A stretch of 63,213 nucleotides of DNA, filler included, from Choristocarpus tenellus KU-1152 (lineage: Eukaryota > Protista > Phaeophyceae), in NCBI GenBank assembly GCA_964200185.2. It is 11 parts of 11 records of this genome, joined end to end, with 100 filler letters (N's around TTAATTAATTAA, not from the genome) between each part and the next. Parts side by side here need not be neighbours in the genome. Positions count along the whole stretch, not along the records: positions 11,803 to 15,637 come from CAXNAD020017656.1; positions 15,738 to 22,611 come from CAXNAD020007166.1; positions 22,712 to 25,253 come from CAXNAD020026916.1; 8 more parts are not named here. One strand, 5' to 3'. Position numbers and translations under genes: made by a program. Positions 12,179 through 24,364 of the stretch are shown piece after piece; the first letter of the stretch is position 1; each line of letters starts with the position of its first letter. Below the pieces are notes generated by a model. The model saw only the letters and a program-made list of their open reading frames with translations, was not told the origin of the DNA and searched no databases.

Positions 12179-15100
12179 CTATTGCCCAGTGGACGCGACG
12201 ATCGCCTGACCGCCTTTGAAACCCCAGCCACCCCATCCTCAGGCTCAGCCTTTGTTGGAGTCCCACTGGGTGGCAACCTGCTTCCCTCTCCCCCTTCCTC
12301 CTTAACTGAAGGGCAATACGTACTACTTGCTATTTGAAGCTCGTTGGCTTCAGATTGTTCACCTTCTTGCAATAACCCCTTTGGTTGGCTTGAGGGGGGA
12401 GGGGGGATTAGTCCTCCTTTGCCAGCACCAATATCAGCACCTCTGATTGAAACCAGCTCCTGTGAAACAAAAAGATGGTGGCGTTTGCAGTAAGTTCTTT
12501 TTTTCTTGGAAATGGGTTGGTGAATCCTCAGTAGTTGGATAGTCCAGCAGCTAAAAATTAAAAGAGAAAGTAAAAACAGGCCTTCCTGAAGTACTTAATG
12601 TACACATATTGATGCACTACTTCAAGGCAATTGTTACCTCAAAACAGACACACACTTCCCTCTTCCTCTTCTCACCTTGACTCCCTCCTCAACACATTTC
12701 CACCCTACCATCTCCTTCCCCTCCCCCTCACCCTCCTCCACCACCCCACCAGGATCACCCTCTTGCTCTGCTCCAGAACTTACACATTGTGGTGGATTCG
12801 CTGCTGGACGCTTCAGGATGAGCTTAAGCCCACTATCACCTTCACTCCTTGTCCATGTTTGTTCTCCAGATCCCTTCCCACTCGCTGCCCCAACCCCCTC
12901 TACCCCAGGTCGGGGCGGCTTAAGAGAGAGTCTAAGCTTTGGTACCACTGCTGGTCCAGGAGAACCACCTGCCCCAGAAGAACTCCCTGTCCGCGCCACT
13001 GGCCCCAACTTCAAGCGCAACCCAGTCTTTACTCCAGAATCCGTCTCCCCAGATTGCGGGGTCCTGATAACATTATCCTCATGACCTTCTGCTGAAGAGG
13101 TGTTGCCAAGCTGTTGTCTGGATCTGACTTTTGTTGTAGAGGGCGATACTGCACCACGATTGCCGATTCGAACCTTGAGTCCACTCTTGAGCTGTAAAGG
13201 GAAAACATCAAAAGTACCATGTCAAGGTGAGATCATACAATAGAGTCGGTTGTTCACTGTGTACTTTGGTACCCACCAAAAAGGGGTACGTCGTACAGAG
13301 TTAAGGTGTAATGCATAGTCCACACCTCCTTCCCATGTCAACATACTGTACTTCACAGCACACAACATGATGCAGTCTAAGAAGACAAAGAGACTACCTT
13401 CAAGAAATGGATTTGATTCCTACAGTATAACCCATTGCTAGATGCATCAAAAGCCTGGCGGAGTAATGCTCCGAAGTAAAACCACTTCACATACCTCAAC
13501 ACTCACTACTGCATCTTGCCACAACTCATGCTGAATTGCATTAAAAAATAAAATAATAATAATAATAATAACAATAATAACAAGAACAATAAACAGATTT
13601 GTGGACCAATCAGAATTGCTTGAATATAGTTTGATCTCCTAAAGACTCGACAACATTCAGACGCAATTACAAACTTATCTCTTGCACCACTGTTGGGGTC
13701 CCTCAGCTCATGTCACAACCCAGGCAGTTCCAACAACGCACGACAAAATGCGGAAACCCTCAACCTCTCTATAATCTGAGAAAATAAAAAAAGTCTAAAA
13801 AAGTGCAAGTACCGTACAACAGCATTTGCTTGTGGTACATGGTGTGAGCCCCCCTCCAACCCACCCCCCCAGTAACTCTTAGTCCATACTCACCTTCAAC
13901 CACTAAACACGACTAAACACGACTAAACACAGTTAGAGAATACCCTACTATTACTACTGCTACTATTGTCCCCATTGCTGTTGTTATCCCAAACACTATT
14001 TTGGGGATTGTCCCGAATAAACAAAATCAATCTTTTCAATGAGAGGCCACACTTCACTTGAAAAAAACACACAAATTTTCACTACAAAACCCCATCAAAA
14101 TGTTTTCAAAAATCTTACCCTAACCCTCACACGTACCGGCCCTAGGGCATCCACCTTAGCGCTCAACTTTGTCAAAAGTTCATTTACGTCTCTGCACCCA
14201 GCCTCCTCTGCTGCAGCTGTCCACTCGCCTGGAACATTACTCTCACACTCCGCCCACCAATCCCGACACGCCTGCACACCATCAGCCAATCAGCAATCAG
14301 CATCCCGGGACACCAATGATGGGTGTGGACAGTGTGTGGACAGTGTGTGTGTGGAGCATTTGTTAAATGTTAGGGTCCTTTTGGGGGGGCAGATTGACTG
14401 TTGATAAATTATTAGTGTGGTATGATGTTATGTTATTTACCGCTAATAGTATAAAACCATTCCACATATATTGGCCATGATTTGTTGTGGTAGTCATACT
14501 GTATCACCAACTTAACCAGGACCCTATCACACAAGGTATTTTGTGTGTGAACCAATAGCAGAGTCTTTAACGAAAGAATACTCTAAATAACACACACCAG
14601 CGCCTTGGCATATTACCATGGCTATAAAGCACTAAGGGTATAGACTAGACATCAGTACATCATATCACTTCAACAACCCGTACTATTTGTACAAAAATTA
14701 CTCTCCCTCCTGAGTACTGACCAATCAAGTGATCAACTTTTCCCCCTTGGCGTGCATTGATTGCTGTGGACAAATCAAGGTGTACTTATACCCTAATTGC
14801 GGTTGCCGCAGAGTGACGTCAGAGCTATTACCAACTACTCCCAGTGCGTATGTCAAAGAGGGGGAGGGGATGTATCATCTTGCTGAATACATCAAATTAT
14901 GACACTTCCTGAAAGAATTTTATAAAAAATATGAACCTCTCCCCCCCCCCCCAAAAAAAAAAAACTCCAATTAACAGGGCAGTGATGAGAAAGGTCAAGT
15001 CACAACTGCACCAGCCAGCATATAAAAACACCAAACACAATTGATGCCACCATCCAGTATCAAAGGAAAAAGAACACTGCTTGCACCAACACCATCACAT

Positions 15101-15248
15101 ACAACAAACAGTAGACCCTAACCCCCACCTTCAACAGTGGAGCCAAGCCCTCCCTCTCCCACATGCTCAACCTCCTTCTTGGTTTCTCAACGGCACTACA
15201 ACTGTCTTGTACCCTCTGGTGGTGCATCTCCTCCAGTGTACCTTCTTT
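12179..15248 (-). CDS. Chromatin-protein fragment: probable Jumonji helical region of a KDM2/KDM7-type demethylase, then a disordered region with KLKI-type motifs
   Basis: Phase-compatible GT-AG exons 15248-15129, 14271-14137, 13191-12676, 12459-12179. RLSMWEREGLAPLLK|ACRDWW...DVNELLTKL resembles the KDM2 helix (LTxFELEGL..L). Exon structure is well supported; the family call is tentative because the JmjC domain is off-contig. Confidence 0.5.
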
Positions 15249-15463
15249 CTGTCAGAAGTTATAAAGGGGGAAAAAAATGATGCAGTCGTAGTCTGGTGTG
15301 TAAATGAAGATAACAGAAAGAGTGTCATTTAACATTTAACTTTTAAGCACATTATGCACAAAAAAAGGGTACTAAAAAAACCCAACACAGAAGTGCTGTC
15401 AACTTTAGAAATAAAAAATATCGTAAGTAGAAATAACTTGAGCAAGCACTTCCATGAACAATA

Positions 15464-15637
15464 GGATCAAAGTATCTGGGAGGGGTGGCGGCTGTCCATT
15501 TGGGGCCAATTTTTTCATGTTGTGATATTTGGGTGATTTGGTTCCATACATTGCATGGATAGTGAAAGTGCACTTTTCCTAGTGTTGGTTCAAATGGACA
15601 CTCTGGTGTAGACCCCCTCCCCCCCCCCCCCCCCCCC
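15464..15637 (+). mobile_element. MITE family A (truncated by contig end)
   Basis: ggatcaaagtatctgg...gtccatttgggg...caaatggac; aligns with 39163-39332 and 55936-56113. Confidence 0.9.
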
Positions 15638-15737
15638 NNNNNNNNNNNNNNNNNNNNNNNNNNNNNNNNNNNNNNNNNNNNTTAATTAATTAANNNNNNN
15701 NNNNNNNNNNNNNNNNNNNNNNNNNNNNNNNNNNNNN

Positions 15738-15864
15738 CTCACCACGATTAATCAGTCGCTTCGACGATTGATTACCCAGCTCACCACGATTTATTAGTCG
15801 CTTCTACGATTGATTTCCCAGCTCACCATGATTAATCAGTTGCTTTGACGATTGATTCCCAGCT
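15738..15864 (+). repeat. Tandem repeat, 42-bp unit x3
   Basis: ctcaccacgattaatcagtcgcttcgacgattgatt.cccag repeated; abuts a degenerate CCCTAA tract. Confidence 0.9.
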
Positions 15865-16429
15865 AACTCTAACCCTAATTACTGCAGAAACGGTATTGTA
15901 CCACATTAATTCTGTGCCGCTTTTTTCGGGCATGCCCATGGGTGCACAAAATCGGGGTAGGTACTGTACCGGCAGAATTGTATTATTGATCCTTTTTTTT
16001 TTATGATGATACAACTTCGTCAATTGTAATATTAGTTCATATTTTATAATTAAGAAAAAAAATTACTGACAGTACTCTTCTGGTGTTCGTGACGGCATTG
16101 TATAGTATCAGCAGTATTTTGAAATTGTTGTCGATGAAACTTTTCCTATTAGTATTGGTAGCGATTTATGGATGATTCTGATATTGTAGTTTATGTATGG
16201 CTTGACATTGCAGTCAGAGTCAGGCGTTACTGGAGCGCACAACACTAAATTAGCTGTTGCATTTTTTTTCTTTATGGCATTCAGTTGGTTCCATGAACTT
16301 GTTTTGAGGGTCATTTCGTCTCGCTACAGTTACACAATTCTTTTTTTTTACGGGGGAGCTGGCGTTTGCGTTGCCGGAGTGCTTAGCGTCGGTTGAAGGT
16401 TGAGGTGAACTATTATGCATACATGGAAG

Positions 16430-19400
16430 TAATGGTAGTAGGTGGGGAACAGAGTCAACCATACCTAGGACAGATCGAAATTTATTCATGGTGGTGGGTT
16501 TGGGTAACTCAGTGATCACGATCTTCACCGATACGAATTCCTTCAGACGATAAAATGTGACCCAGATAGCGTAATTCTTTAGGTCCAAGATGGATCTTTG
16601 ACGGTTTCAAAGTTAAACCTGCTGCTTGTAAAGCTTTGAACTACTGTTCTAGTAAGTGTAGACGTCCTTCCCATGTGGGAGAACAAGCAATCAGATCATC
16701 CATGTAAACTAGCAACCCACTCAGTGAACCAAAAATTGCAAAGGCTAAGGACACGATTCTTTGAAATTGCCAAGGAGAATTCGATATCCCAAAGGGCACC
16801 CTCTTAAACACCTATTTGCCTCTAGACGTGACAAAAGCAGTTTTATCAATGTCATCTTCAGCAACAGGAATCTGCCAATATGCACTCTGAATATCACAAA
16901 CGGTGATAAATTTTGCGCCCCCAACAGTATAAATATGAGACTCCATATCACACACAGGCCAAGTCTGTCGAACAAGGTGTTTGTTAACAGTTGGCCTATA
17001 GTCTACACAGAATCGTGGGGAGCCATCAGATTTGGCCACAATAGTAACAGGACTACCCCAAGGGCTGGCACGTTTTTCAAAAATGCCTTGCTCTTCCATA
17101 GTATTAATACATGAGTCAATTACTTGTTGAGTACGGGGGTTTACTCTGTAAGGGTTCCTGTTAACAGGTTTGGTTCCAAGGTCTATAGGAATTTCTGCTT
17201 CAGCTAGAGTACATCTGCCTAATTCTTCTGCATTCAACGAAAATACCGATCTGTAACGAGCACAGAGGACTAAAAGTTGAGACACTTGTGATTGATTGAA
17301 TATGGTATCTTTGAATGCATTTGACTTGGTGAAGGCTTGATGTAACTCCTCTCTAGCTTTACTGAATGGAGCAGAATCAGTATTTAGAGCACTTAACAGT
17401 GATTGGTATCTGATCAGAAATTGGGGGTAAGTGACCTATCACAGGATGCTTCTTGATACGGACCTTTCGTGTTGTTGGATTTGCCATTGAATCAATACTG
17501 ATCTATTACTTGCTGACCAAGTACTGAGAGTGCCAACAGTTACGATACGATTCCATGGGTGTGTAGGTTCAGTCGTTTGATCTACAGCAGGCATAGAGTG
17601 TATGACTGGCTCCACTACCACGGCAGTATCCAACGATGGGCTTGCATCAGTTGTGCAACGCACGATGACTTCATGACCAGGTGGTATGTTCTACTGTTTA
17701 TGTCCACGAACGGGTACGGGGTCAAAATCATGTTGAACACTCATTACAGAGCACGAAGGAGTGGTACTTGTATCACGTACTTGTTGTGTGGGGCTCCTTG
17801 TCATGTAATGTCTCGCTGAAATGGTACACGAACTGTTGTGGAATGAAAGATGTTGTTCTTACCAATCAAGGATTGCATCGAAGGCCTGCATAACACTATT
17901 ATCAAACAGAATTTTATTGGGACCAAGTTGGAGAATCACTAAAGCTTCAACCGGTAATGTGGTGTCACCAAGTGTAAGTGCAAAACGAATAAATCCACGG
18001 ATATGCAATGGTGAACCGTTTGCTGTATGTAGATTTATTGCACCAGGAGGGACAGGATGCACATCAAAACGTTTCAGTTGAGGGTGGTTGCAAACAAATA
18101 TTTCTGAAATACATGGTACATCGCAAGCTGTATCAATAGTCAAGTAATTTTCTTCTTGTCCTTCAACGGTGCCAGATACACGAACTCTTTGTGATGAAAA
18201 CGTTAAAGGTTTGGGCATAGATGGATATCTGCACGAAGAACTGTTTAACCAAGTTTCATTATTATTACACGAATTTGATTGAATTAACGGCAAAGAAAAA
18301 TCTTAGTGACACGTGTGCAGGCAATAAACGATGCCTGTGGAGCAAGAGGTGCGACTGATGTCAACCTCTGACGCTTGCCACTCTCTACGATGGTGTCAAC
18401 AACACCATGACTGTTTCCAAGTGGACAGGAGTCAAATCCACCTGGGCACCCCTAGGGACGAGGGCCATAATGGCCCGGTGTTGACTGTCTATCGTCACGA
18501 ACACGACCCCCACGACCCCTTCCTCTACGATGCAAGTGCGGCCGACGAGTACCCCTCGGATTGTCCAGGCATGACTGGGTTGTATGACCCCCATAGGTCG
18601 CTGCCTGATGATCTGGGTACTGGCACACACTAATTTGGTGTTGATCAACAGTGTACTAGAGTGTTGAAGGTGACACTGTGTACTGTGACGTGTCCGGGGG
18701 TCGTGATGCTCTGTCAGTTGCACTGAATGAGGTAGGTGGACTTGTCAACGACCGAGCTGGTGACCTGTTGAGGGTTGCCTCCCCTGCTCGGTGACGTTCC
18801 ACCTCTGTACGGAGCCGTTGACATTCACGTTGCAACTGGACGAAATCTGCCCGAGGGACCTGTCCACGATGAGGGTTGTGGGTCACAGCACTAGTGTAAG
18901 TTATTGGGGTGGGATTACTACCAGACAGATTATTGGCTTCATGCTGTTTGGCACGGTCACGAGCCTGGGCAAACGTGGAGGCAGGTTCGTCTCCCGAATC
19001 TGCTCAAGACGAATCGTAGGGGAGTAAGCCGTCTTCCATCAGGGTTATTTTCAGTTGCTTGCAAGTAAAGCTGTCGTGTCGACCAAATCTGAGGATGATT
19101 TTGTACGACGAACATCATCTAAAAATCGATTCATTGCTCTTGTGCAATGTAAAGTATATTTGTCGACAGACTCATTCTCTACCCGATTCACAGGCATTAG
19201 TCTACGGGCTGATACATTTACAGCATGGGCGGGGGTAAATGCGGTGATCAAGGCTTTCTGGACATCATCCCAAGTCTTTGGAGGTGTAATGGGGACAGGG
19301 GTGTCAAGAGGCGATTGCAATCGAGCCAAATTACTTGTTGAACTCCACTCTATCGTACCCGCCAATGCCTGAAAATAGAATGGTTCAGCAGGTCCTTGAA

Positions 19401-20935
19401 TTTTCGGTAAAAATTCTACACACCGAGCGTCAACTGTCTCAGGGGATGCTGGACCGTACTGACCAGAATGCAGGGATATTGCCACATGCCATTTAGAGAA
19501 CAGGAGTGGCAAATCTTCTTCTTCAGAACCCGAGTGAAAGTATCTTAGAGGGTACGAGTTTTTCCCTGTTTATCCATTTGGGGCTTGGCTTCCCACGGGT
19601 TTTGAATGACATATTACCTACTCCAAATCTTTTCGAAGGAAGTAAAATATATACGTTATGAAAAGGTGCGCCCGGAACAAGGATATTGGCATCTCCTAAC
19701 AAACATGATAGCCAAAATTTCATTAAAAATTTCAACATTGGATTTCGCCCGCAAATGGACGCGACTTTACCCTCTAAGAGACTTTAACTCACCTGTAATT
19801 GTCAGACCAGATGGAATTTCCGAAGCGGAAAACCTGAAACGACTCCCTTCTGACAGTGGGAGTGGGTGTGCGACATCGCTATCTGTTGAATGGATCTTAC
19901 GTGATCGATGCCCGTTTCCCCAACTTGGAGCTTCATCAGGTCCTGGAGCCATTCCGGAGTCACAGTGTTTGTTCTTGCGCATTTGTTGATGTGGTGCGCG
20001 ATGAACATTGGTACAGCATCACCGAACTTGGCCCAAAATAGCCACCTCGTAAGTAGTAGAACTTGGAGGCGGTACAGTTTCTTCCGGAAAGAGAACCTGA
20101 CGAGTGCCATGGTCACCCGAGCGAACACAATGCTCAAGGGTCGACGTCACGGGTCTGGCATGAGCCTGATGATCTGTTGGGGGGGAAGGAGGGAACATTG
20201 TCTATGTTCGGCAAGTGTTATGTGACTAGATGAGGTGGAGTTGACACTAGACGAGTCAGAGTCGACACTGGTTGAAGGCTCCATGTCTTCTGTAGTCTCG
20301 TGACCTTGGACCTCCTCTTTTAGTGTTCTGGATGGTTCCAGACCTGGAGTTATGCGCTCCTGTGCATGACGTTTTTGCCTCAATCTTGAGTTCGGCATCT
20401 TTCGTCCGTAGTCAAACAAAAATTCCCCGTCACCCTATTTCTGAGGTCAACGGTGTCGCCAATGTGAATCGTGTGATTCTTTGGCGGCGTGGTTCACTCA
20501 GGCAAGGGTGGCGAAGAGAATCACCGGGCAAGATGAACCAAATGAACAAAGACGAACCGTAACCAAGAAGACAAGGTTATGGTTACACAAGTGCAAGACT
20601 GAAAGGACTTGCAGGAAAAAGTGGGGAACTGAGGAAGTGGGGAGGATCACGATTCCGATGGGTTTCGGAAAAGAAACCCTCTAGAGATAGGATATCTATC
20701 TTCAGAAAACCTTGCTCATAAAGAGACGTTGCGGGAAGACACAAATATCTATCACTCCGAATATCTTCCACATGGTCGAACCGACGTTCTCAGAACACAA
20801 CCTCAATCGGTTTAACGGTATATGGCATACGCCAATAACGGTATAACAACAGATAACATGCTTTCCACAACCAAGGTCATTGACAGACAGATAGCTAATC
20901 AACAAAGAAGGAATAACATCCTATACTTCGCAACA
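16430..20935 (-). mobile_element. Decayed Ty3/Gypsy LTR retrotransposon (5' LTR, PBS, gag, protease, RT; 3'-truncated)
   Basis: LTR end ...TTCACA (20463) followed by T-TGGCGACACC PBS. Candidate LTR start TGTTG at 20935 (uncertain). Aspartic protease YLTIDTACD (17859-18293). RT motifs SPWGSPVTIV..DGSPRFCVDYR, DIQSAYWQIPV and VYMDD (~16700). Frameshifts and stops throughout. Confidence 0.92.
19532..19790 (+). mobile_element. MITE family B, full length (259 bp), inserted in Gypsy gag
   Basis: TIR gagtgaaagtatcttagagggta...taccctctaagagactttaactc. TSD accc/acct. Removing it restores the frame LTITG|SEEEDLPLLF. Confidence 0.92.
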
Positions 20936-21077
20936 CGGACCAAAACTCCAGGGGACTAATTGTACAGTACGTAATCCCTATTGCGCACTTTGTTCAAACA
21001 GCAATAATCACCTAAACAAAAGATATGCTCATAACGTGGACTTTCTAAACATCATCACAAAATAATAACCAATTCGA

Positions 21078-21135
21078 GTCGGTCATTTTTGGACTAAATG
21101 CGGAATATATAGCATTTAGTCCAAAAATGACCGAC
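21078..21135. repeat. Perfect inverted repeat, 24-bp arms, 10-nt loop
   Basis: gtcggtcatttttggactaaatgc-ggaatatata-gcatttagtccaaaaatgaccgac; a family-A-like TIR (ccagatactttgtgcc) ends at 21243. Confidence 0.95.
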
Positions 21136-22545
21136 CCTCCACAACACAAGACAGCAAAAAGTACTGTTTTGGCAACACCTGGTCGGGGCCCAAATGCACA
21201 CCCCAGTGCAGACCACACACACCCTCCCCAGATACTTTGTGCCTGATAGCTATTATCACTCTTGTTCTTCCTAAAAAATATCAAATATTGTCCGTCCTTC
21301 ACTATCTAAGCTACATGTACCACAGTAAAGTTATGTTATGCTTACCTCTGCCAACCTTCCGACGGAAACAGGAACGAATCATTGCTGTCAAAGCTCAAGG
21401 TTGCGAAGACAGCACGACTGCCCATCTAGAACCTAGTCCTTGACGCTTGTACTTTACCTAGACCTTCACAATTAGGTCAGCGAAATGAAGACCCTACCTT
21501 GAAGCTCAACCAAAGGTCGCACCCCTTTAAACGCTCCTTCTCCTGTCCTTCGGCGGAGCAAATCGTCTACCCCTCTCTGTTCAGGTCATTGACCTGATCT
21601 TTTGAGGAGTACTGGCCTGTCCGGGGCATGGCGACTGGAAAATGTTTACAAATCAAATGGCTCTTGTAACAGATTGATGAGCAGTTTGAGGGAAGCCTTC
21701 ATCCTGCTTGTATATCATATCTTCTAACCCTCAAGGCTTTGTCACTGGTACATCTCTTTAAATACTGACTTGGTGCATGGCCGTGAATACTGGTGTAGCC
21801 TGCCTCTTCTCTTGAGGCAATGTTCGTAACCCTCATCATTCAGCTTCTAAGTTACATTCCAACACGGGTTTACCTAACACGTGCTATCTACGCTGCACTT
21901 GTACACGACTTACAGATGTGGTCCTATTAAGTGAATTGTAGTATTCCCAGCAATCTCCTCGTCAAAGTGTGACCTATTACGTGATTGTAAAACCCCTGCA
22001 CTGCAACACTCCCTACTGCACGTGAGGCAAATTTATATCTTCTGTTGCATCAACTACCTTCTATCACCTTACACCCTTTCCAGAAATGAATGGTAGGTGC
22101 GCTCTCTGCACACAGGTCATCAGCCTGTACGGCGTGCACCATCACCTCGCCGAAAAGCTCAGAATTTTCCCTACGGTTCTTGCCAAGCCCTTACTAGGAC
22201 ATTCTCCAACATGTAGTCCTACTGACCCTGGTTAACTAGTGAATGCCAACCGCATGTCAACCATCAATTCTCCCCTATTCCCCGCTGTATCCTACAATAC
22301 CGAATTCACACACAGATATTCCCGCATTTCCCCATCCTGAGTTATTGAAATACTTCGGTCAAATTTCCTCATTCATTGGAGAAAAATCACGACTCGTTCA
22401 CCTTCAAATTCCGTTCACAACCCATGGCATACCTGTACTTGGTAATGTTTCGGATTTGAATCAAAAATTGCAATGGATACATACATACATCCTCCAAGTA
22501 CAAGTTCGTCATGACCCGCGTTTATAATTTCCCCAAAACATAAAA

Positions 22546-22611
22546 GAGTGAAAGTATCTTAGAGGGTACGAGTTTTGCCCTGTTTGTCCATTTGGGGCTT
22601 GGCTTCCCATG
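22546..22611 (+). mobile_element. MITE family B left end (contig end)
   Basis: gagtgaaagtatcttagagggtacgagttttgccctgtttgtccatttgggg. Confidence 0.9.
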
Positions 22612-24097
22612 NNNNNNNNNNNNNNNNNNNNNNNNNNNNNNNNNNNNNNNNNNNNTTAATTAATTAANNNNNNNNNNNNNNNNNNNNNNNNNNNNNNNNN
22701 NNNNNNNNNNNCTTACACCACATATACCATGGAGGTACCCACCGCACTTACACGGCACTTGTGGATTGTGTAGAAAGGCAGACCCGGTGTATTTGAAGGC
22801 ATCTTGAAGAGGTTTCTCGCTGCACAAGGCATGGCTTCCATTTTATTCCCCTACCAGCAACGTACTGTACTGCTGTATGGTCATGAACCAGGAAGAAGGG
22901 CACTTTCCGCGAGAATTTTTTTCGCTCGCGCCAAAATCGCGTGAATTTATCTGGGATTTTGTGCCAAATCGCCCGAATACGAGAATTCCGGTACAAAATC
23001 CTATTTTTGAGCATGTCGAAAAAAAGCGGTACAAAAATGCATATTTTTTCGATTTGGTTCATAATATTTGGCCCAAAATAGGGTAACCAACTGTAGTCCA
23101 TGCAAGAACCACCGCCTTTACGGAATATTGTACCCCTATTAAATAGTAGTATATATTTTGTGGTTATAAACAGGTCAGTTGGGGTGTTCCTTTTCCTCGG
23201 GAATATAAAAGGATATTTTATAGAGGGAATTTTTCTCTCTTCACCTATGTCTTGAAATTTCTATGCATGTCTATGATGGCGTTGAACTAGGATAAATACA
23301 GACGTAAAAGTGTATATATATGTAACTCTCCATGCGCTAATTCTTCATTAGTGCGAGAGGGTCAAAACTTTGAGTTTGCATCTTTTTTTCATATATTTGC
23401 TATTTTGTAGAAATATACTATAGTGCATAACAAAAAGCCTTCGCCAAACCACATATGCAACAAACACCACACTCCCTCACTCTGTCGATAACAAACCAAC
23501 GGGCCTGGACAATATAGAGGAAGTGTTGCAGTTCTTCGAGGGGACCACACCCATCGCACTGCAGATGTACGATGACGACCCGCCAGCCACTAGGGGATCT
23601 CGCTAACAATGGGAATGAACTCGTGGACTCCGGAGGGGTAGACCCCAGGACATCCCAAAGGCAAGACCAGGCCTCCGTCACAGCGAGACACATTCCAATG
23701 TAGCCTGTGCGTTCTGTAATTACCTGAAGGAGGGATTAGTGCTTGAAGACTAGGCATAACGAAGCATATGGTCACCATATCCTTCCGAAATCACACATTT
23801 GCATCGAAATCAGAGGGACGTGGTGTTCACTAGTTCCACCGTAGTTCTAAACTGGTGACGCCTACATCCTCCCATCAAGAGCAGAACAGAACCTATCGAC
23901 GAAATTCGTGTTCTCCGATATCTGCGTTCTGATACGTATTGTATCCAAACGTGTTCCTTCCAGTTTCTGTTTCTGATCCCAACCCTAGCACCTGTCCCAA
24001 CCCTTACCCTGTGCCCTAACCCTGACACCATCTCTCACCCTTACACGATAATGAAATTATATCAAAACATGTTTCGCCCTTCATTCATCTGCTCGCC

Positions 24098-24364
24098 CAT
24101 GTCATTTTTGCCATACTTTACCGGTCGACAAAGTATGGCAAAAATTGTGGCTGTCCACATACTAACTTATTTGAAGCCACACGCATCATGTCATTTTCGC
24201 CATACTTTACCGTACGTCAGAGTGTGGCGAAAATTGCAGCGGTCCATATACCAACGTTTTTCAAGCCACACGCCTCAAGTCAATTTCGCCATACTTTATC
24301 GTACGACAAAGTCTGGCAAAAGTTGTGGGTGTCCACATACCAACCTCTTCACAGCCACACGCCT
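24098..24364 (+). repeat. Three tandem 89-bp units, each with a 16-bp-arm/10-nt-loop hairpin
   Basis: Units start at 24098, 24187 and 24276. The unit 1 hairpin atttttgccatacttt-N10-aaagtatggcaaaaat is perfect. Confidence 0.9.

Noticed and set aside
5590-15637. Joining the 12179-15248 exons to the Tup1-like gene as one fusion protein
   Set aside because: They are separated by an artificial linker; contig adjacency is not supported.
21300-24050. Short ORFs in 21300-22500 and 22750-24050 (likewise 34900-37500 and 62600-62953)
   Set aside because: No recognisable motifs or consistent splice phases; probably decayed repeats, left unannotated.
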